Under the pieces are notes generated by a model that was not told the origin of the DNA, searched no databases, and worked only from the letters and a program-made list of their open reading frames with translations. A stretch of DNA of 64,000 nucleotides, from positions 44,268,001-44,332,000 of the forward strand of contig OZ024750.1 in NCBI GenBank assembly GCA_964016885.1, read 5' to 3'. The DNA is from Eledone cirrhosa. Lineage: Eukaryota. Every line of letters starts with the position of its first letter. Within the stretch, counting starts at the first letter, position 1. Shown here piece after piece: positions 29,997 to 46,857 of the stretch. The translations under genes and the position numbers were made by a program.

Positions 29997-30195
29997 AGGG
30001 GCGTTGAATTGGCAGTATCGGTAGAGGGTCGGCGCACCCCATGCTTTGACGCATAGAGTTACGGCCCTTGCCATTCTGAGTTCAAATCCCGCCGAGGTAA
30101 ACTTTGCCTTTCATCCTTACGGGGTCGATAAAATAAAGTGTCAGTAATGTACTGGGTAATTGCTGGCCTTGTGCCAATAGTAGAAACAATTATTG
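29997..30195 (+). mobile_element. Full-length tRNA-derived SINE (major family)
   Basis: A-box TGGCAGTATCGG and B-box GTTCAAATCC. Central domain gcctttcatccttacggggtcgataaaataaagt, which from memory resembles the MetaSINE-type conserved domain. 3' end gtagaaacaatta. Confidence 0.85.
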
Positions 30196-30593
30196 CTATA
30201 TATATATATATATATATAATCTTCTGTACCCTCTCCCTTAACTAGAGATCCTGGTAGTGGTGGTAAATGTAGTAGTGGTGGTGAAGTAATAGTGTTGATG
30301 GAGGGTAATCGGATAAACCTACAAATCAGACAGCAGTTGTGGCGCAACTAATCAATAAACAAAAACAGGGACCCATTTGTGGGTTCGATCTTTACATTTA
30401 TTTTTATTTATTTAATTTCTTCTTCCAATGAAGTAACAAACAGATCGGTTAATTAATTGATATTTGAATTATTGATGAAATATCGATAAGCCCTGTAACA
30501 AACAAATTAATCATTTCCTTATTTACAAGAGGAAGAGAGAACGAACACATTTAAATATGCACATGTGTGGCTGTGTATTATATATATACATAT

Positions 30594-30646
<53 letters not shown>

Positions 30647-30678
30647 CATACATATATATATATATATATATATGTATG

Positions 30679-30800
<122 letters not shown>

Positions 30801-30804
30801 CATA

Positions 30805-30835
<31 letters not shown>

Positions 30836-30859
30836 ATATATACATATACATACATATAC

Positions 30860-30935
<76 letters not shown>

Positions 30936-31036
30936 ATGTGTGTGTGTGTGTGTGTGTTACCAAATACTATCATTTATATCAATTTAATTGACAATTGTTT
31001 CATCCAGTTTTTATATTTGAAAACGAATTTCTTTAT

Positions 31037-31119
<83 letters not shown>

Positions 31120-31279
31120 CGTGTGTGAATTATCATTTATATTTGAATGTGTGTGTGGGTGAAACAACTTCGTATGTTTGACTCTAGGTTAGTAAACATC
31201 AAAATGTTAAGCTTATCAACACACAAACATTTACGCATGATTTGAACCCAGAACTTAGTACGATGATACTTATTGTTAT

Positions 31280-31580
31280 AATAATTGTTTCTACAGTTGG
31301 CACAAGGCCAGCAATTATCCAGTGTATTACTGGTACTTTATTTTATCGACCCCGTAAGGATGAAAGGCAGGATTTGAGGTTAACTTATGCTATAATAATT
31401 GTTTCTACTTTTGGCACAAAGCCAGCAATTACCCAGTGCATTACTGGTACTTTATTTTATCGACCACGTAAGGATGAAAGGCAAAGTTAACCTCGGCGGG
31501 ATTTGAACTCAGACTGTAAAGAACGTAACTATGCTAGAAAGCATGGCGTCCGACCCTCTACTGATACTGCCAATCCACCA
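31280..31580 (-). mobile_element. Major SINE, partial plus full tandem copies
   Basis: Reverse complement of the 29997-30195 motifs, with the 3' part duplicated. Confidence 0.85.
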
Positions 31581-32346
31581 AATAATGCTGTCTAATTAAC
31601 TGTAGTCCCATCCACCCTCAGGTTTATGAGTGTGTGTTATACGAGTAAAAACCTGAACGTATCATGGCTTGTTTCCTAATGATGTGTATGTAACGTTGTG
31701 GCTCAAACCATGTCGTAATCTCGGCTCAAGCGACGGCTTAAGACTTCTTCTAGTACAGAGCATTGATAATTTAATATATAATATTATATTGTAAATAATT
31801 AAAAGCGTTTGAAAGATAGCAGAAACGCTTGAGTGGCGAGTAGAATACCCTAGTCTTCTTAATTACGTCCCTTTGTGCACTGAGTTCGAATAATCTCATG
31901 GTTCATTTTATCTTTCATCATTCCTTGATCTATGAAATAATGTCCATGTTAAGTACTGTAGTTAACATATAATCGACTATTCATTCATAACCTTAAAATG
32001 TTGTATACCTTCTGCTCATGTTAAAAATCAATAAACATAAAACTTACTGTAAAGCGTTCGTTTAAATGATCACTTTAAGAGAAATATATATATATATGTA
32101 TATATATACATATGCATACCTGGCGGCTATGCGGTTCATCCTATTGTGAAGAGCTTGATAGCAAATTATTAGCAGTAGTGAATGTAGTGGTGGGGAGGAG
32201 TATTTGAGACAAAGATGTCGTTCAAATAGTTGAGGGGAAATTGTAATTTATATTGCTGAGTCTTAAGTAAAATAACGGATGGTGGTTGTTGGGTTGGGGT
32301 TGAGTTAGTGGCTTTGAGGTTATAATTAAATTTCTAGAACAATCAT

Positions 32347-32449
<103 letters not shown>

Positions 32450-32581
32450 CATGTTCAAATTAACGATTGTGATTTAAATTTTATATATGAATTCTATTGG
32501 ACATTACAAATATTTCTGCACACACAGCACACACACAAACACATAAATTTATACACACACACATATATATATATATATACA

Positions 32582-32657
<76 letters not shown>

Positions 32658-32676
32658 TATATATATATATACACAC

Positions 32677-32710
<34 letters not shown>

Positions 32711-32909
32711 TGTGTACATGCATGTGTAAGTGTATAAGTTCAAAAGATACACACGCACTCACGTATATGCACACACACACTCTTCTGTCAGGACCGTATC
32801 CTAGCTTCCCTGTCTGTGTGTTGGTTGTCGCATATCTTCTTACGTCATGTAACATATTTCTCTGTGAGTGAAATAAAAGAGATCAGGCAGCTATACCTCG
32901 CTTCACCTG

Positions 32910-32984
<75 letters not shown>

Positions 32985-33163
32985 CTCTCTCTATATATAT
33001 ATATATAAAGAGAGATAGAGATAGAGAGAGAAAATAAGGAAAGTGCGAAGATGTTATATCTTACAGAGTACTTTTCAACATGCATATATGCATTTATATA
33101 TGCATATATATATGCATATATGTATATATATATATATGCATATATATATATATATATACATAT

Positions 33164-33223
<60 letters not shown>

Positions 33224-33244
33224 TTATATATTTAAACAGATCTA

Positions 33245-33625
33245 TCTCTATCTTGTTCACCCACTCATTCCTGAGAGCGTCGTGGGGGTAGAGTCCTCAA
33301 ATACTCCTCCAGCGGATCATGTCAGAAGCAACCTACTCCAACTGAGCTGGCTGGATCCCCAAGCCTGATGAGCTAAGCTCATGGATGTTATCCAACCATC
33401 TTACTCGGGGTTTACTCCCTGGGTCTCCTTCCTGTTAGTTTTGCCCGTAATATCTGTCCAGCAATTCTTTCCTGAGACATTCTAACCACATGTCCATAGT
33501 ATCGGAGCTGTGATCTCTCAATTCGGAAAAATAGCAGCTCTACCTGGAGTGACACTCTGACCTCGGAGCTGCTCACTTTATTGAGTCACGTTACTTCAAA
33601 GATCCTTCCGATGAATCTCCATCTC
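33245..33625 (-). mobile_element. RTE-clade LINE 3' fragment (degenerate ORF)
   Basis: The minus-strand translation includes EMRFIGRIFEVT*LNKV..RIERSQLRYYGHVVRM..GRRPR..RWLDNI, typical of the RTE C-terminus. Contains stops and a frameshift. Confidence 0.75.
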
Positions 33626-33764
33626 AGTTATAACAATCACAATTCCATTAGCAATTTAATTTATTTAAAACCTAATTTACATACAATATATGTCTTTCCA
33701 TTGAATAGCCGTAGACATAAACAGAAGAACGGACAGACCGCCTGGTGTTATTTTTTTGTATTCT

Positions 33765-33955
33765 GGCGGTGGATTGGCACTATCGGTAGAGGGTCAGGCG
33801 ACATGCTTTGACGCATAGAGTTACGGCCCTTGCCATTCTGAGTTCAAATCCCGCCGAGGTTAACTTTGCCTTTCATCCTTACGTGGTCGATAAAATAAAG
33901 TACCAGTAATGCACTGGGTAATTGTGGCCTTGTGCCAAAAGTAGAAACAGTTATT
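33765..33955 (+). mobile_element. Full-length major tRNA-SINE
   Basis: Same A/B boxes and central domain as 29997. Confidence 0.85.
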
Positions 33956-34710
33956 TTTTTGTATTCTGTATTGCAGCAATTGTTCGGTTGTTGTTTTTTA
34001 ATTCTCCGTACAAACTCCAAATAGATAAATTTTTCTTTTTTACTCTTACAATGACAGACAAAATAAAGTGTATGAGTAGATAGAAAATGGGCAAAAAAGG
34101 AATCGGTTGATGTGATCCGAGACCTGATTCGCCTATCGAGTGGGGTGGAACTTGTCAAACCGGACCAAGGACACCCTGTTTCCATCGGTCTTTGCTCTGC
34201 TGATACTATCTACCGGTCACGATTCCTGGCAGACTGAATAGATATAAATCACTAATATTCAGTCCCTAGAATATTCTAGCTCGCCATTTATTAATGTCTG
34301 AAATAATAATTATTATTATAATTAATTAATTAATATAATTACGCACTTGATAATTACCGGGGAATATATAATTAACGATACACGTCCATAAAAAAATATT
34401 TAAATAAGAAAAAATAATTATAATTTTGTTCAAAAGTCTGAAATGATTCTTTAGATTGGGAAAGACTAATTAAAGAACACGTAAAGACATATCTAATTCT
34501 TAATGGTACAGATGAACGCCAGGTGAAGCTGTGTATCAGTATTTATAAGATATAATGGCAACATTTTAAACCTAACTTAAAAATATAATTAATCAAGTTT
34601 ACAATCTAAAAAGTTAATCAAATCTTAATCAGTTAGAATATATGTACCTTCTGGAAAGTATCAAACAAATATATATATGAACACTATATATATAGTATAT
34701 ACTTATAGAT

Positions 34711-34903
34711 GTATGATTATCCCGGGTTCAATCGGGGGTAAACCACAGTAAGTAAGGTACTCAATACATAACAGTGTATAACTATTTAATATAGAAATGG
34801 CTTCTACAGGACTAGAAATGTTCATTCGAGATAAATCAGGGCTTTCCTGATGATTTCTCCCGAATGAAACAGTTCTAGTCCCGTAGAAACTATTTCTATA
34901 TTA
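34711..34903 (-). mobile_element. Family L fold-back element
   Basis: Tail matches 17527-17600. The inverted arm carries CTGATGA-tttctcccgaat-GAAA-cagttc on the + strand at about 34847-34875. Confidence 0.65.
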
Positions 34904-35191
34904 AATATATATATATATATATATATATAGCACGGCATTTGGCTATTCAATATTATTAAAGGTGAATAATTAAGACTAGTATTACAGTAACTTCTGATAC
35001 CACACGGTGATTCAATTAACCGTACAACAAACCTGGTATCTGCTGTACTCACACATAAAGAAAAATCTACTAGTTTAAATACCACGGAATTAATACGTAT
35101 ATTTCATAATACATCTTCCTATATAGATGTATATATATTTATATGTGTGTGTGTAGTATATATATATGTTTATATATATATATACATACAT

Positions 35192-35389
<198 letters not shown>

Positions 35390-35806
35390 TACTTTAATCT
35401 CCATTATTACTATTTCTATCGTTAATACACTTAACATCAATTTCACAGGTTCAGCTGAACCTTGGGTCACAAACCTCACTTGATCTTTATGTTTAATTTA
35501 CATAGAACCAATCTTTGAATCAAGCTCAGATAACCTCACTGGACTACAAACAACTTCACAACCTCACCTAACACCAAATAACTCATTAGGTAACCCACAG
35601 ATCAACGCCAGGTGAAGCTGTGTATCAGCATTTATAAGATATAATCAGTATATAGATTTTATTGAACGTTCTGCATCCTAGACCAGGGATCCGCAAAAGT
35701 CTTAGACCACTGACCCCTTCCTGGATTTCTCAGCCCCATTATCGATCCAGGCACGCACAAAAATTAAAGAGCAAATAAGTAAATCAGGCCACAAAATATA
35801 AAATAC

Positions 35807-35970
35807 TAGTCAAATTCCGATATAACGAATACCATTATAACGAATTTTTTTTTAATCTTCAAGGTAATAACAAACAAACGCTCAATTTGTTTCGTTCTCG
35901 ATATAAAATTTGTTTCGTTATAACGAATTATTTTATACCCCGTGGATTTCGTTACAACGGAATTTCACTT
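35807..35970. mobile_element. Tigger/pogo-like MITE
   Basis: TIR-like aaattccgatataacga..tcgttacaacggaattt with internal (T)ATAACGA repeats. Second copy at 39279-39464. Confidence 0.65.
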
Positions 35971-36289
35971 TATATAAACAGTTAAAACTAATTAGATAAA
36001 ACATGTATAATAAAACGTGTATAGTTTTATTATATGTTTTATATAGTTTTATATATTTTCATTCATTATACAAATGTCAGATTTTTGTCCATGCTAAAAT
36101 CAAATTTCTAGGTAGTCCCATTAATCTCGGGAGGAGGAGAAAGTAGGATCGATATCGATATATTTGAGGAGAGGACCTCTGATTTAGAATATTCCCGGAA
36201 AAAAATTGATAATTTTGCGATGGATAATCACGAGTTACAAACTCTAACAGATCGCTACTAACACAAAATAATCCACATCTATTATATAA

Positions 36290-37165
36290 CCAGCACCACC
36301 ATCACAACCACCAACACCATCAACAAACCCCCATCAACACCATCAACACCACCACCGCCATTACCACTAACACCAGTAACACTACCAACAACATCACCAC
36401 CACCAACACCACCAACGCTAGTAACACCAGTAACACTACCAACACCACCAACAACACGACCATCAACACCACCACCACCATCACCCACCCACCAACATCA
36501 ACACCAATACCCCCATCAACACCAACACCACCACCACCAGCACCAACACGACCATCAACACCACCACCGCCATCAACACCACCCCCACCAACATCAACAC
36601 CAACACCACCATCAACACCAACACCAACACTAATACCATCACCACCAACACCGACACCACCATCAACACCAATACCACCACCAATACCACCACCAACACC
36701 AATGCCATCATCACCACCAACACCAGCATCCACACCAACACCAACACCACCATCAACAACAAGACCACCATCACCACCTAGACCAATACCACCAATGCCA
36801 CCATCAACACCACCATCACCACCAACACCAATAGCACCACTACCACCACCAACACCAACACCAACATCAATACCATCATCAACACCACCACCACCAACAC
36901 CAACACCAACACCACCATCAACACCAACACCAACACCCACACCACCATCAACACCAACACCAATACCACCACCACCACCACCAACACCAACACCAACACC
37001 ACCATCAACACCAACACCAATACGACCACCACCACCACCAACACCAACACCAATACCATCATCAATACCACCACCACCACCAACACCAACACCACCACCA
37101 CCAACACCAACACCACCATCACCACCACCACCACCAACACCAACACCACCATCACCAACCACTGT
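36290..37165. repeat. Compound (CCA/CAA/TCA)n tract
   Basis: Direct sequence. Confidence 0.95.
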
Positions 37166-37451
37166 CGCCGCCACCAATATATTCTCCGACTCAGAAATCG
37201 TGAATGAGAAAAAAAAGAAAGAAAAAAAATACGATTTAGTTCACACCGACCTGATTCGTCTGCAGTGAGATTCACAGTGTAGTGGATACAGCAATCGTAT
37301 CGTACAGGATATCGTATTATCAATGGTGTGATATCATGGAATATCCAATAATCTCCTACTATATAATAGCTTTTCTTCCACTGTATCGTTTATCTTGTAC
37401 CACACAAACACTCACGTACACTATACATATACAACTGTATGTGTGTGTGTA

Positions 37452-37568
<117 letters not shown>

Positions 37569-37996
37569 GCGTGTGTTCGTGTATTTATATAGCCGTCAAC
37601 AACTAACATGCTGATAATGTTACTATTACTACTGCTGCTGTTATTAATCCCACGTTGAAAACCCTAATTACAATAGAAGGCTCCATTACTAATGCTGATT
37701 ATATATCTATTATATATAAATACATCTAACAGAGAATTGTATTTTAAGCCCTTAGAAAGAAGCAAAGTTTAACATTTCGGGTTAAAACGTCCTTCTTCAA
37801 TCAGAAAATACACGATAGCAGTTCAGCATTCTTATCTCTCTGACGAAGAGTTGTAGACACCGAAACGTTAGACAGCCCATTATCCTCTCGACAAGAAGTA
37901 TATTCTAATGTTTATATATATAACTATATTTATATTGATGACAAACAAGCAGGTTGCCAAGTGTTGTACGAGGAAAAGCCCCGGAAATGAAAACGC

Positions 37997-38028
<32 letters not shown>

Positions 38029-38038
38029 AAGTTTTCTA

Positions 38039-38091
<53 letters not shown>

Positions 38092-38103
38092 TTCTAATCT
38101 CTC

Positions 38104-38236
<133 letters not shown>

Positions 38237-38682
38237 GTAAATATATATATATATATATATATGTAAATATAAATATATATATGTATGTATAAAGATTGCC
38301 TCTAGCTCCATTCTAATTCACTTAGTTGATCATTTTAAGAATTAAAATGTTTAAGTACCGATTAGATCAGCTTACAATAATAATAATAATAATAATACCA
38401 TATTTGGAATATATAACTGCGTATTTATAGGTTGAGAGATCAAATCTTGCTGAAGTCGGCCTTGCATTTTGGCCTTCCGGGATCAATAAAATAAAGTATC
38501 ACTCAACTAGTGGAATAGATTGATAATCGATAGTTGCCTCCCTCAATTTTCTGTCCCTTTTATGTAAGAAATTCATTTTACAACTGCTGATGTTACTGCT
38601 GTTAATGATGCTCCATTTAGTACTGCTGTTTATAACGATACTGCTGGTCCTGCTGCTAATGCTGCTGCTGCTACTGCTGCTG

Positions 38683-38742
<60 letters not shown>

Positions 38743-39278
38743 GTGTAAGTTGAACGAGGTCCTTTGTGATAATGGGATATTTCTCGGGACTAAAAATATG
38801 TTTAATGCATGCACACACACACATATATATATGTATATATATACACATATACGCATGTATGTATATACATATATATGTATACAGTATATATATATATATG
38901 CGTGTGCATGTATGGCATGTGTGCAAATCTGAGCATATAGGGATACATATATATATGCATATGCAGAGATTAGTGAGAAAAATATACATTAGCCAATAGC
39001 AATCTGGAGAAAAGCGAGTATAAATTTGAAAATAGTAAATATTATTTAAATAAACAATAGATTATTTTATATATACAGTCTTGTATATATAGTAGTTGTA
39101 TATATAGTAGTTGTATATACAGTGTTGTATATAAAGTAGTTGTATATACAGTGTTGTATATATATTAGTTGTATATATAGTAGTTGGTCAATTTGAAACT
39201 TTATGTTAGAATGAACCTATCAAAACACTTAGAAGCCACAGATATATGTTTTGTCATCATGGATACAAACAATATTTA

Positions 39279-39464
39279 CAGATAAAATTCCGTTATAACG
39301 AATACCATTATAAAGAATTTTTCAGTATAACCACATTTTTTCAATCCCTGTTGTAATAACAAACAAACGCTCGTTTTTTTTCGGTTGATCTCGGTATAAA
39401 GAATTTTTCGTTACAACGAAATTTTTTTATACCCCGTGAATTTCATTATAACTGAATTTCACTG
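39279..39464. mobile_element. Tigger/pogo-like MITE with TA flanks
   Basis: TA-cagataaaattccgttataacg..cattataactgaatttcactg-TA. Confidence 0.7.
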
Positions 39465-39624
39465 TATAATGGCGTATAAAGTTTAAACAAATTTAATAAT
39501 TACTTCAGCTTAATTTTATGGGAACCTATTAATGTTAGTACTTATTCAACTAAACTTGTATGTTAGAAGCAGAATCGTTAGAGCGTCGGACAATATCCTG
39601 GCCGTGTTCTTAACTGGCAAACAT

Positions 39625-39730
39625 TGAGTTTAACTTTGCCTTTCATCCTTACGGGGTCGATAAAATAAAGTACCAGTAATACACTGGTATAATTGCTGGC
39701 CTTTTGCCAAAAGTAGAAACAATTATTAAT
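39625..39730 (+). mobile_element. Major SINE 3' half
   Basis: ttaactttgcctttcatccttacggggtcgataaaataaagtacc..gtagaaacaatta. Confidence 0.8.
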
Positions 39731-40175
39731 ACTATTCAGGGCATAAGCGGCAATCAATTGTAATTTGGTCAAAACCCCCTAAAGGTCTGTAGTAATGGTG
39801 GACATGCTGGAACCGAACTATCGCTCAATATACCAAAATATGGAGGGATATATTGATATGATTAAAACACATAGTCTCGCCGAGTAACAAAGTCGGGGCG
39901 GTATCACACTCGCGTTCCAGGACAAACGAATATGATACCAGATTCTAAAGGAAATATATGCTCTCTAGTGTAACATATATTTAATCTAATCCTTATATAT
40001 ATTATTATTATATTACACTCTGTTCTAATCCTTATATATATTATTATTATATTCCACTCTGTTTAGCTCAACACCTCATTACAGACGTGAACCTAAACAT
40101 CAAGTGCTCACCTGGGAGAACCTACTGTAACTTCATGTTACACTCCCTGGATGTATATATATATATATATATATA

Positions 40176-40378
40176 GGAACGAGTAGGACCCCGACGGCTG
40201 AGCTCAAGCCGTTTCGACGGTTAATTCTGGACTAAAATAGTCCCGAATTAGCCGTCGAAACGGCTTGAGCTCAGCAGTCAGGGTCCTACTCGTTCCTATT
40301 ACCCACTCTACTACCCTAAGTATTGAGTACTTTGGTGCATTATGGTCCACCTGGTTCCTTACCACATTTCCTTCGTTA
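40176..40378 (+). mobile_element. Family D hairpin element
   Basis: ggaacgagtaggaccc..gggtcctactcgttcc hairpin plus tail. Confidence 0.85.
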
Positions 40379-40713
40379 TATATATATATATACTTAAACA
40401 TGTATGTGTACATACATACATATATGCCGATGTTTCTGTGTGCCTGCGTCTGTGTGTCTATACGTAATGTTTTAGATACTTGTACACACGTTATATATAT
40501 ATACAACGTGTGTACAAGTATCTAAAAAATTACTTATAGACATATATATATATATATATAGTGTATATATATATGATATAAATAAGTGGTTTATGTGTAT
40601 ATATTTGCTTATAAATATAAAAAATATATATAAATATATGGGAAAATATTTAAAGTTGTTATATAACAGCCTGATACATATTTAATTGGAGTTGTTTAAC
40701 TGAAATATATATA

Positions 40714-40915
40714 GTAGTAATAATAAATGCGAAGACTAAATTCCAAAGAGGGCTCGATAAAGATAAATATATATCAAATATATAAGAACCGTAAAGCAAA
40801 TATTTATTAAAATAACAGATTAAAGTTTAAGCAAAGAATCGCTGCTTTCACCCTTAAGATCCCATTAAGGATGAAAGCAGCGATTCTTTGCTTAAACTTT
40901 AATCTGTTATTTTAA
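40714..40915 (-). mobile_element. Family J: fold-back copy of the 3' terminus of the Penelope-like element at 61804
   Basis: 40714-40858 closely matches 61805-61945, followed by an inverted arm. Confidence 0.85.
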
Positions 40916-41707
40916 TATATATGTGTGTGTGTGTATATTAATATATAAATATTTTCTGATGAGTTGGTAAAAAAATTTTTAAAATGACTAAAGATATTTA
41001 TAATTTTTCAGTTTACAAAGAAATACGTGAATTTGACATGATTACATGTACACATACACAATGTGTAAACTTACACATTTACGCAGTCTCGTATCTCTTT
41101 GTACTGTATATATACAGAATATATATATATTATATAAATATATATAACTGGCCACATGCTGCCGGCCCTCTCTAAGTATTAACGAAACTATTTAATGATT
41201 GTATAATGATTTCTTTCATCATCGTAATCATCATCATCATCATCACTATCCTTCTTATCATCATCATCATCATCATCATCATTATCATTATCAGAAATAT
41301 TAGAGTATACACTAATCGCCGTTACTATGACATAAGCCGGTACTAAGTGATATATCATAATCATCATTGTAGTCAAATACTTATATGTCTACCAGACTAC
41401 ATCTTGTTGTTATTAACTAGATGTTTCTACGAGATAACTAGGACTGCTAGAAATAACAGTCAAATTCCTTCCAGTATATCCTAACAAAATATTTTCTCAT
41501 ATTAATCAAAACGGGATGGTCATTATGGAATGTCTCTAGTCATAGGTCTGCTTAGCTAAGGCAGATCTAGTGGATAATCTGCAACAACCTCTTTTTGAAC
41601 AAATTTAAAGGGATGTTCAAATGTGGTCCTTCGACCTGTTAGAAATAACAGTCAAATATACCTCTCAAACCACACTGCTGAGTCGGATAAAATCAACGAG
41701 CAATTTA

Positions 41708-41900
41708 AATAATTGTTTCTACTTTTGGCACAAGGTCACAATTACTCAGTAAATTACTGGTACTTTATTTTATCGACCCCGTAAGGATGAAAGGCAAAGT
41801 TTACCTCGGCGCGGTTTGAACTCAGAATGGCAAGGGCCGTAACTCTATACGTCAAAGCATCGCGTGCGTCCGACCCTCTACGGATACTGCTAATCCACCG
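41708..41900 (-). mobile_element. Full-length major tRNA-SINE with target-site duplication
   Basis: SINE motifs, flanked by the direct repeat cgagcaatttaaataat at 41697 and 41903. Confidence 0.85.
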
Positions 41901-42877
41901 CCCGAGCAATTTAAATAATGTAAACCTGTCGATTCCTATCAGAACATGATGGCCATGATTGAAATATCTTCCATTTTTGAGCTGATCAATGCTGACCATT
42001 TTTGAGTTGCTCAGGGGGTAAATACCAATATTACTCGCCCCCAACAACATAATAAGAAACCCTCTAATTATTCATTGAACCTTTCTATAAGAAATAGCAG
42101 ACAATATTCCGCAAAATCAAACCGTGATGTTTAAAGAGAAGCACAAAATGAATGATATAGACCAGGGTACAAAATACATAGGAAGAAAAAATAAAACGAC
42201 GTGATGGTCAAAATTGGAACTGTTTTGATCATATGTCTGCTCGTTCAGGGTTCTGTTCGATCTAGAAAAACATGGACTATATTTCACGATTCGTTTTAAT
42301 TACGACCAATAAGATTATAATTCACCACCAAAATATTTAATTACGACCAATAAGATTATAATTATTATTATCATCACCACCAAAATATTTGCAACGGGAT
42401 GTCAATTATGTTTGGTTATCATTACAATTCAAAGATGTCCTAAATTAGTTGGAAATAATCTTAGATCCATGTCAAACATTAACAACTATTAAAATATCTA
42501 TGTGAGAAAATATGGAAGGATTTTATTGTTTGGAAGTGATAGAATCATAAAAGGAAATTATTTTAAGAACTATATACTTCAGGTATATATTTATATCTGT
42601 ATGTATGTATGTACGTATGTATGTATGTGTGTATGTGTGTATGTATGTATGAATCTAGTAAAGAATACATGAATATGGATATGTGCATTCATATATATAT
42701 ATATAATTATATATATATATATGCACACACATATATAAATCTGTTTGTCCATGAGCGAATATCCGTATATATATATATATATATATATATATGAGTGTGT
42801 GTGTATGTATGCATATATAATACATATATATATATGTATATATCATACATATATATATATATACATATGTTTATATA

Positions 42878-42952
<75 letters not shown>

Positions 42953-43210
42953 CACATAGACACACACATACGTATATATTTATATATATATACACATACA
43001 TACATATATTTATTTTTAGTAATTTATTTTATTACTTCGGTGATTAATAATAAATATATATATTGCATTTAACACCAGAATATATATATGGCTGCCTACG
43101 CAACCATATATGTATGTATATATACATACAAAAAAAAAATATATATATATATACATATATATACAAGCATACAACTTTATATATATATATTAATATTTGT
43201 GTGAGTAAAC

Positions 43211-43266
<56 letters not shown>

Positions 43267-43295
43267 ATATATATATATATGTATGTATATACATA

Positions 43296-43340
<45 letters not shown>

Positions 43341-43391
43341 TATACAAGCATACAACTTTATATATATATATTAATATTTGTGTGAGTAAAC

Positions 43392-43479
<88 letters not shown>

Positions 43480-44960
43480 ATATATATACGTTAATTAGCA
43501 TTCAGATTCACACAACTACACACACACACACATACACACACACACACACACACTCACAGACGTTCAATTTAATTCGTGGATTCTTTCTCGTAGTTTCATA
43601 TTTTAGCTTATTTTTTTTTCGAAGTTTACTTTATTATTTTTATTATTTTGTTTCACTGAATTAAATTGAATAGTTGAGCAAATATATAAATAAACAATAA
43701 TAATTAATATGCTGAATTAATGATCAATTAAAACAGCCCAAGCTTAACTTCCGGCAGACAGTCATGGCTGATGATTTAGTAAAACAATAACCAAGTACTC
43801 CGACATTTTGGTACACAGACACAAACACACACACACACACTTCTATATATATATAATATATATACACATACAGAGAGTCACACACACACACATGGCCACA
43901 CACACACATATATATTTATGCATTTCCATAAATATATATATAAAGAAAATATATATGTATAAGATACATATATATTTTCTTTATGGATATGTATTTAAAC
44001 ATTAACAACTCAAACACCAACAACAATAACAAGGACTATGATAACAATAACAACAAAAACAATAAAACAATAACAACAAAACAATTATTTCTGAAACTGC
44101 AATAATAAATTGCAAATCATGAAATTACAACTAATATTAATAAGCACATAATAATTATGTAATTATATATGAATGTAGCAGGAACCGGATAAATGTAACA
44201 GTAAGTCCTTAGAAGCCATATCTCGTATCATCACTTTCCTCTAAAAATTAAATTATAAAATAATTACAAACATCATAAAAAGAAGGAAAAAATAAAGTAG
44301 AGAAAGAATTGTCTACAATAAAATAATGATAAATATTTCAAACCTGGGGAGAAAAGATTTTTATTTTCCATTCCTTTTATGGAACATATTTCAGTCCGGA
44401 GTTTCAATTTCTTTGTTTGGGCATAACTTTCTTAAGGCGATCAAGAGCTGTACCTCTTGATCTTCTATATAACTTCAAATAACATTTAAAATTTATCGTT
44501 CACAGAATATGTTCATGACAAAATTAAGCTTGCATAAAAAGCTACAAAATATTTTCAACTCGTTCTGAAACTCTTCCAAATAATTTTTCTCCCAAACTTT
44601 CCTGAAATATCTTTTTTCTTCTAAAGAATATGGTGTAATACTTTACAAATAAAAGGAGGAAATGTTAATGAGAATATATGAATGATTAAATACGGGATAA
44701 TTATCATTAAAATCATAATTACAATCATTGTAACGACAATATTACAGAAGTGTAATATTAATTATTGCTACTACTAATATTATTATTAATATATTAATAC
44801 TAATTGTTATTCTGTAAATATCATAATAACAATATATTACTAAGAAAAATAATGATAATGATGGGATAAAAAAACAAATTGTTATCAATATGTATATATA
44901 TACGTATGTGAGTATATATATAAATATTTATGTGTATGTATGTATATATATTTATATTTA

Positions 44961-45055
<95 letters not shown>

Positions 45056-45195
45056 TAAAAGAAGACTGAATTGGATATCACCCGTTTTCCCTACACGTGT
45101 AAAATTGAATATATTATCACGTGTAGTGGAAATATGGGAACAACCGACGGGATACCCTCCTGATATATACACTCACTGTACGTGAATGTGTGTAC

Positions 45196-45275
<80 letters not shown>

Positions 45276-45328
45276 ATATATATACACATATATACACACA
45301 TATATATATACGTATATAAATGAATATG

Positions 45329-45360
<32 letters not shown>

Positions 45361-45373
45361 CGTATATAAATGA

Positions 45374-45451
<78 letters not shown>

Positions 45452-45478
45452 CATATTTACATACATACACATACATTA

Positions 45479-45580
<102 letters not shown>

Positions 45581-45977
45581 TTAATTCACCTAAACACAAA
45601 TGATGATAATGCTGGTTATAATCATCACACTGATAATAATAATAATATTAATAACAATAAATATAAAAATAATAATGATCATCATTATTATTATAATGCA
45701 AATAATAATTCTATGAATGACGTTTAACGATGATAATGTTTGTTAATAAGCATTTTGACAGGACCTCTCAAATGTGATGTATAATAGCAATGATGAGATA
45801 TAATATTTATTATAAATAATTGTTTCTACTTTTGGCACAAGGCCAGCAATTATCCAGTACATTACTGGTACTTTATTTTATCGACCCCGTATATAAATAA
45901 TGTTCATCATATAGAATTTGTTGAAAAATTATGGATATATGTGTGAATAAACAATATGTGTTCGTTGAGGTTGACGC

Positions 45978-46099
<122 letters not shown>

Positions 46100-46283
46100 G
46101 TATATAAATATGTATATATATATGTATATATATGTGTGTGTGTGTATATATGTATATAAGTATATATGTATATATATATGTATGTATAAATGCTTTCTTG
46201 GATTACATTGGAAAGGATCCAAACCAAATGATTCATTGAGCAATTACTATGGTATATATATAATATACATATATACATATACA

Positions 46284-46350
<67 letters not shown>

Positions 46351-46598
46351 AACAAAAGGGACGATGATGAAAAAAGATGACAATCAGAAATGTGTAACTA
46401 TTTTTTATAAGAAAATACAAAAACCAAATAATATAATATATATATAAAAGAAAAACAGTTGTTTGTTGTTTTTATTCATTTGTTTATTTCTCGTCTTTAA
46501 ATTATTTTTTTGAAGATTTTCATTTGATTGAATTTTGTTCTTTTTAAATCATTTACTAATCAATGTTTGTTGGTTTGAAAATGTTTAGGATTGGTTGA

Positions 46599-46656
<58 letters not shown>

Positions 46657-46664
46657 TTTATATA

Positions 46665-46721
<57 letters not shown>

Positions 46722-46804
46722 AATATATATTATATATATATACAGGCACACACGCATATATATATATATATATTTATATATTTCGATGGCTTCGTTTCAG
46801 TGGC

Positions 46805-46857
<53 letters not shown>

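Noticed and set aside
29997-30100. Possible tRNA genes at A/B-box sites (also 33765, 60230-60303)
   Set aside because: No cloverleaf; these are SINE heads followed by multi-copy body sequence.
37765-37880. CTGACGA..GAAACGTTA hammerhead-like motif
   Set aside because: Probably an old PLE remnant, but stems I and II are too decayed to call.
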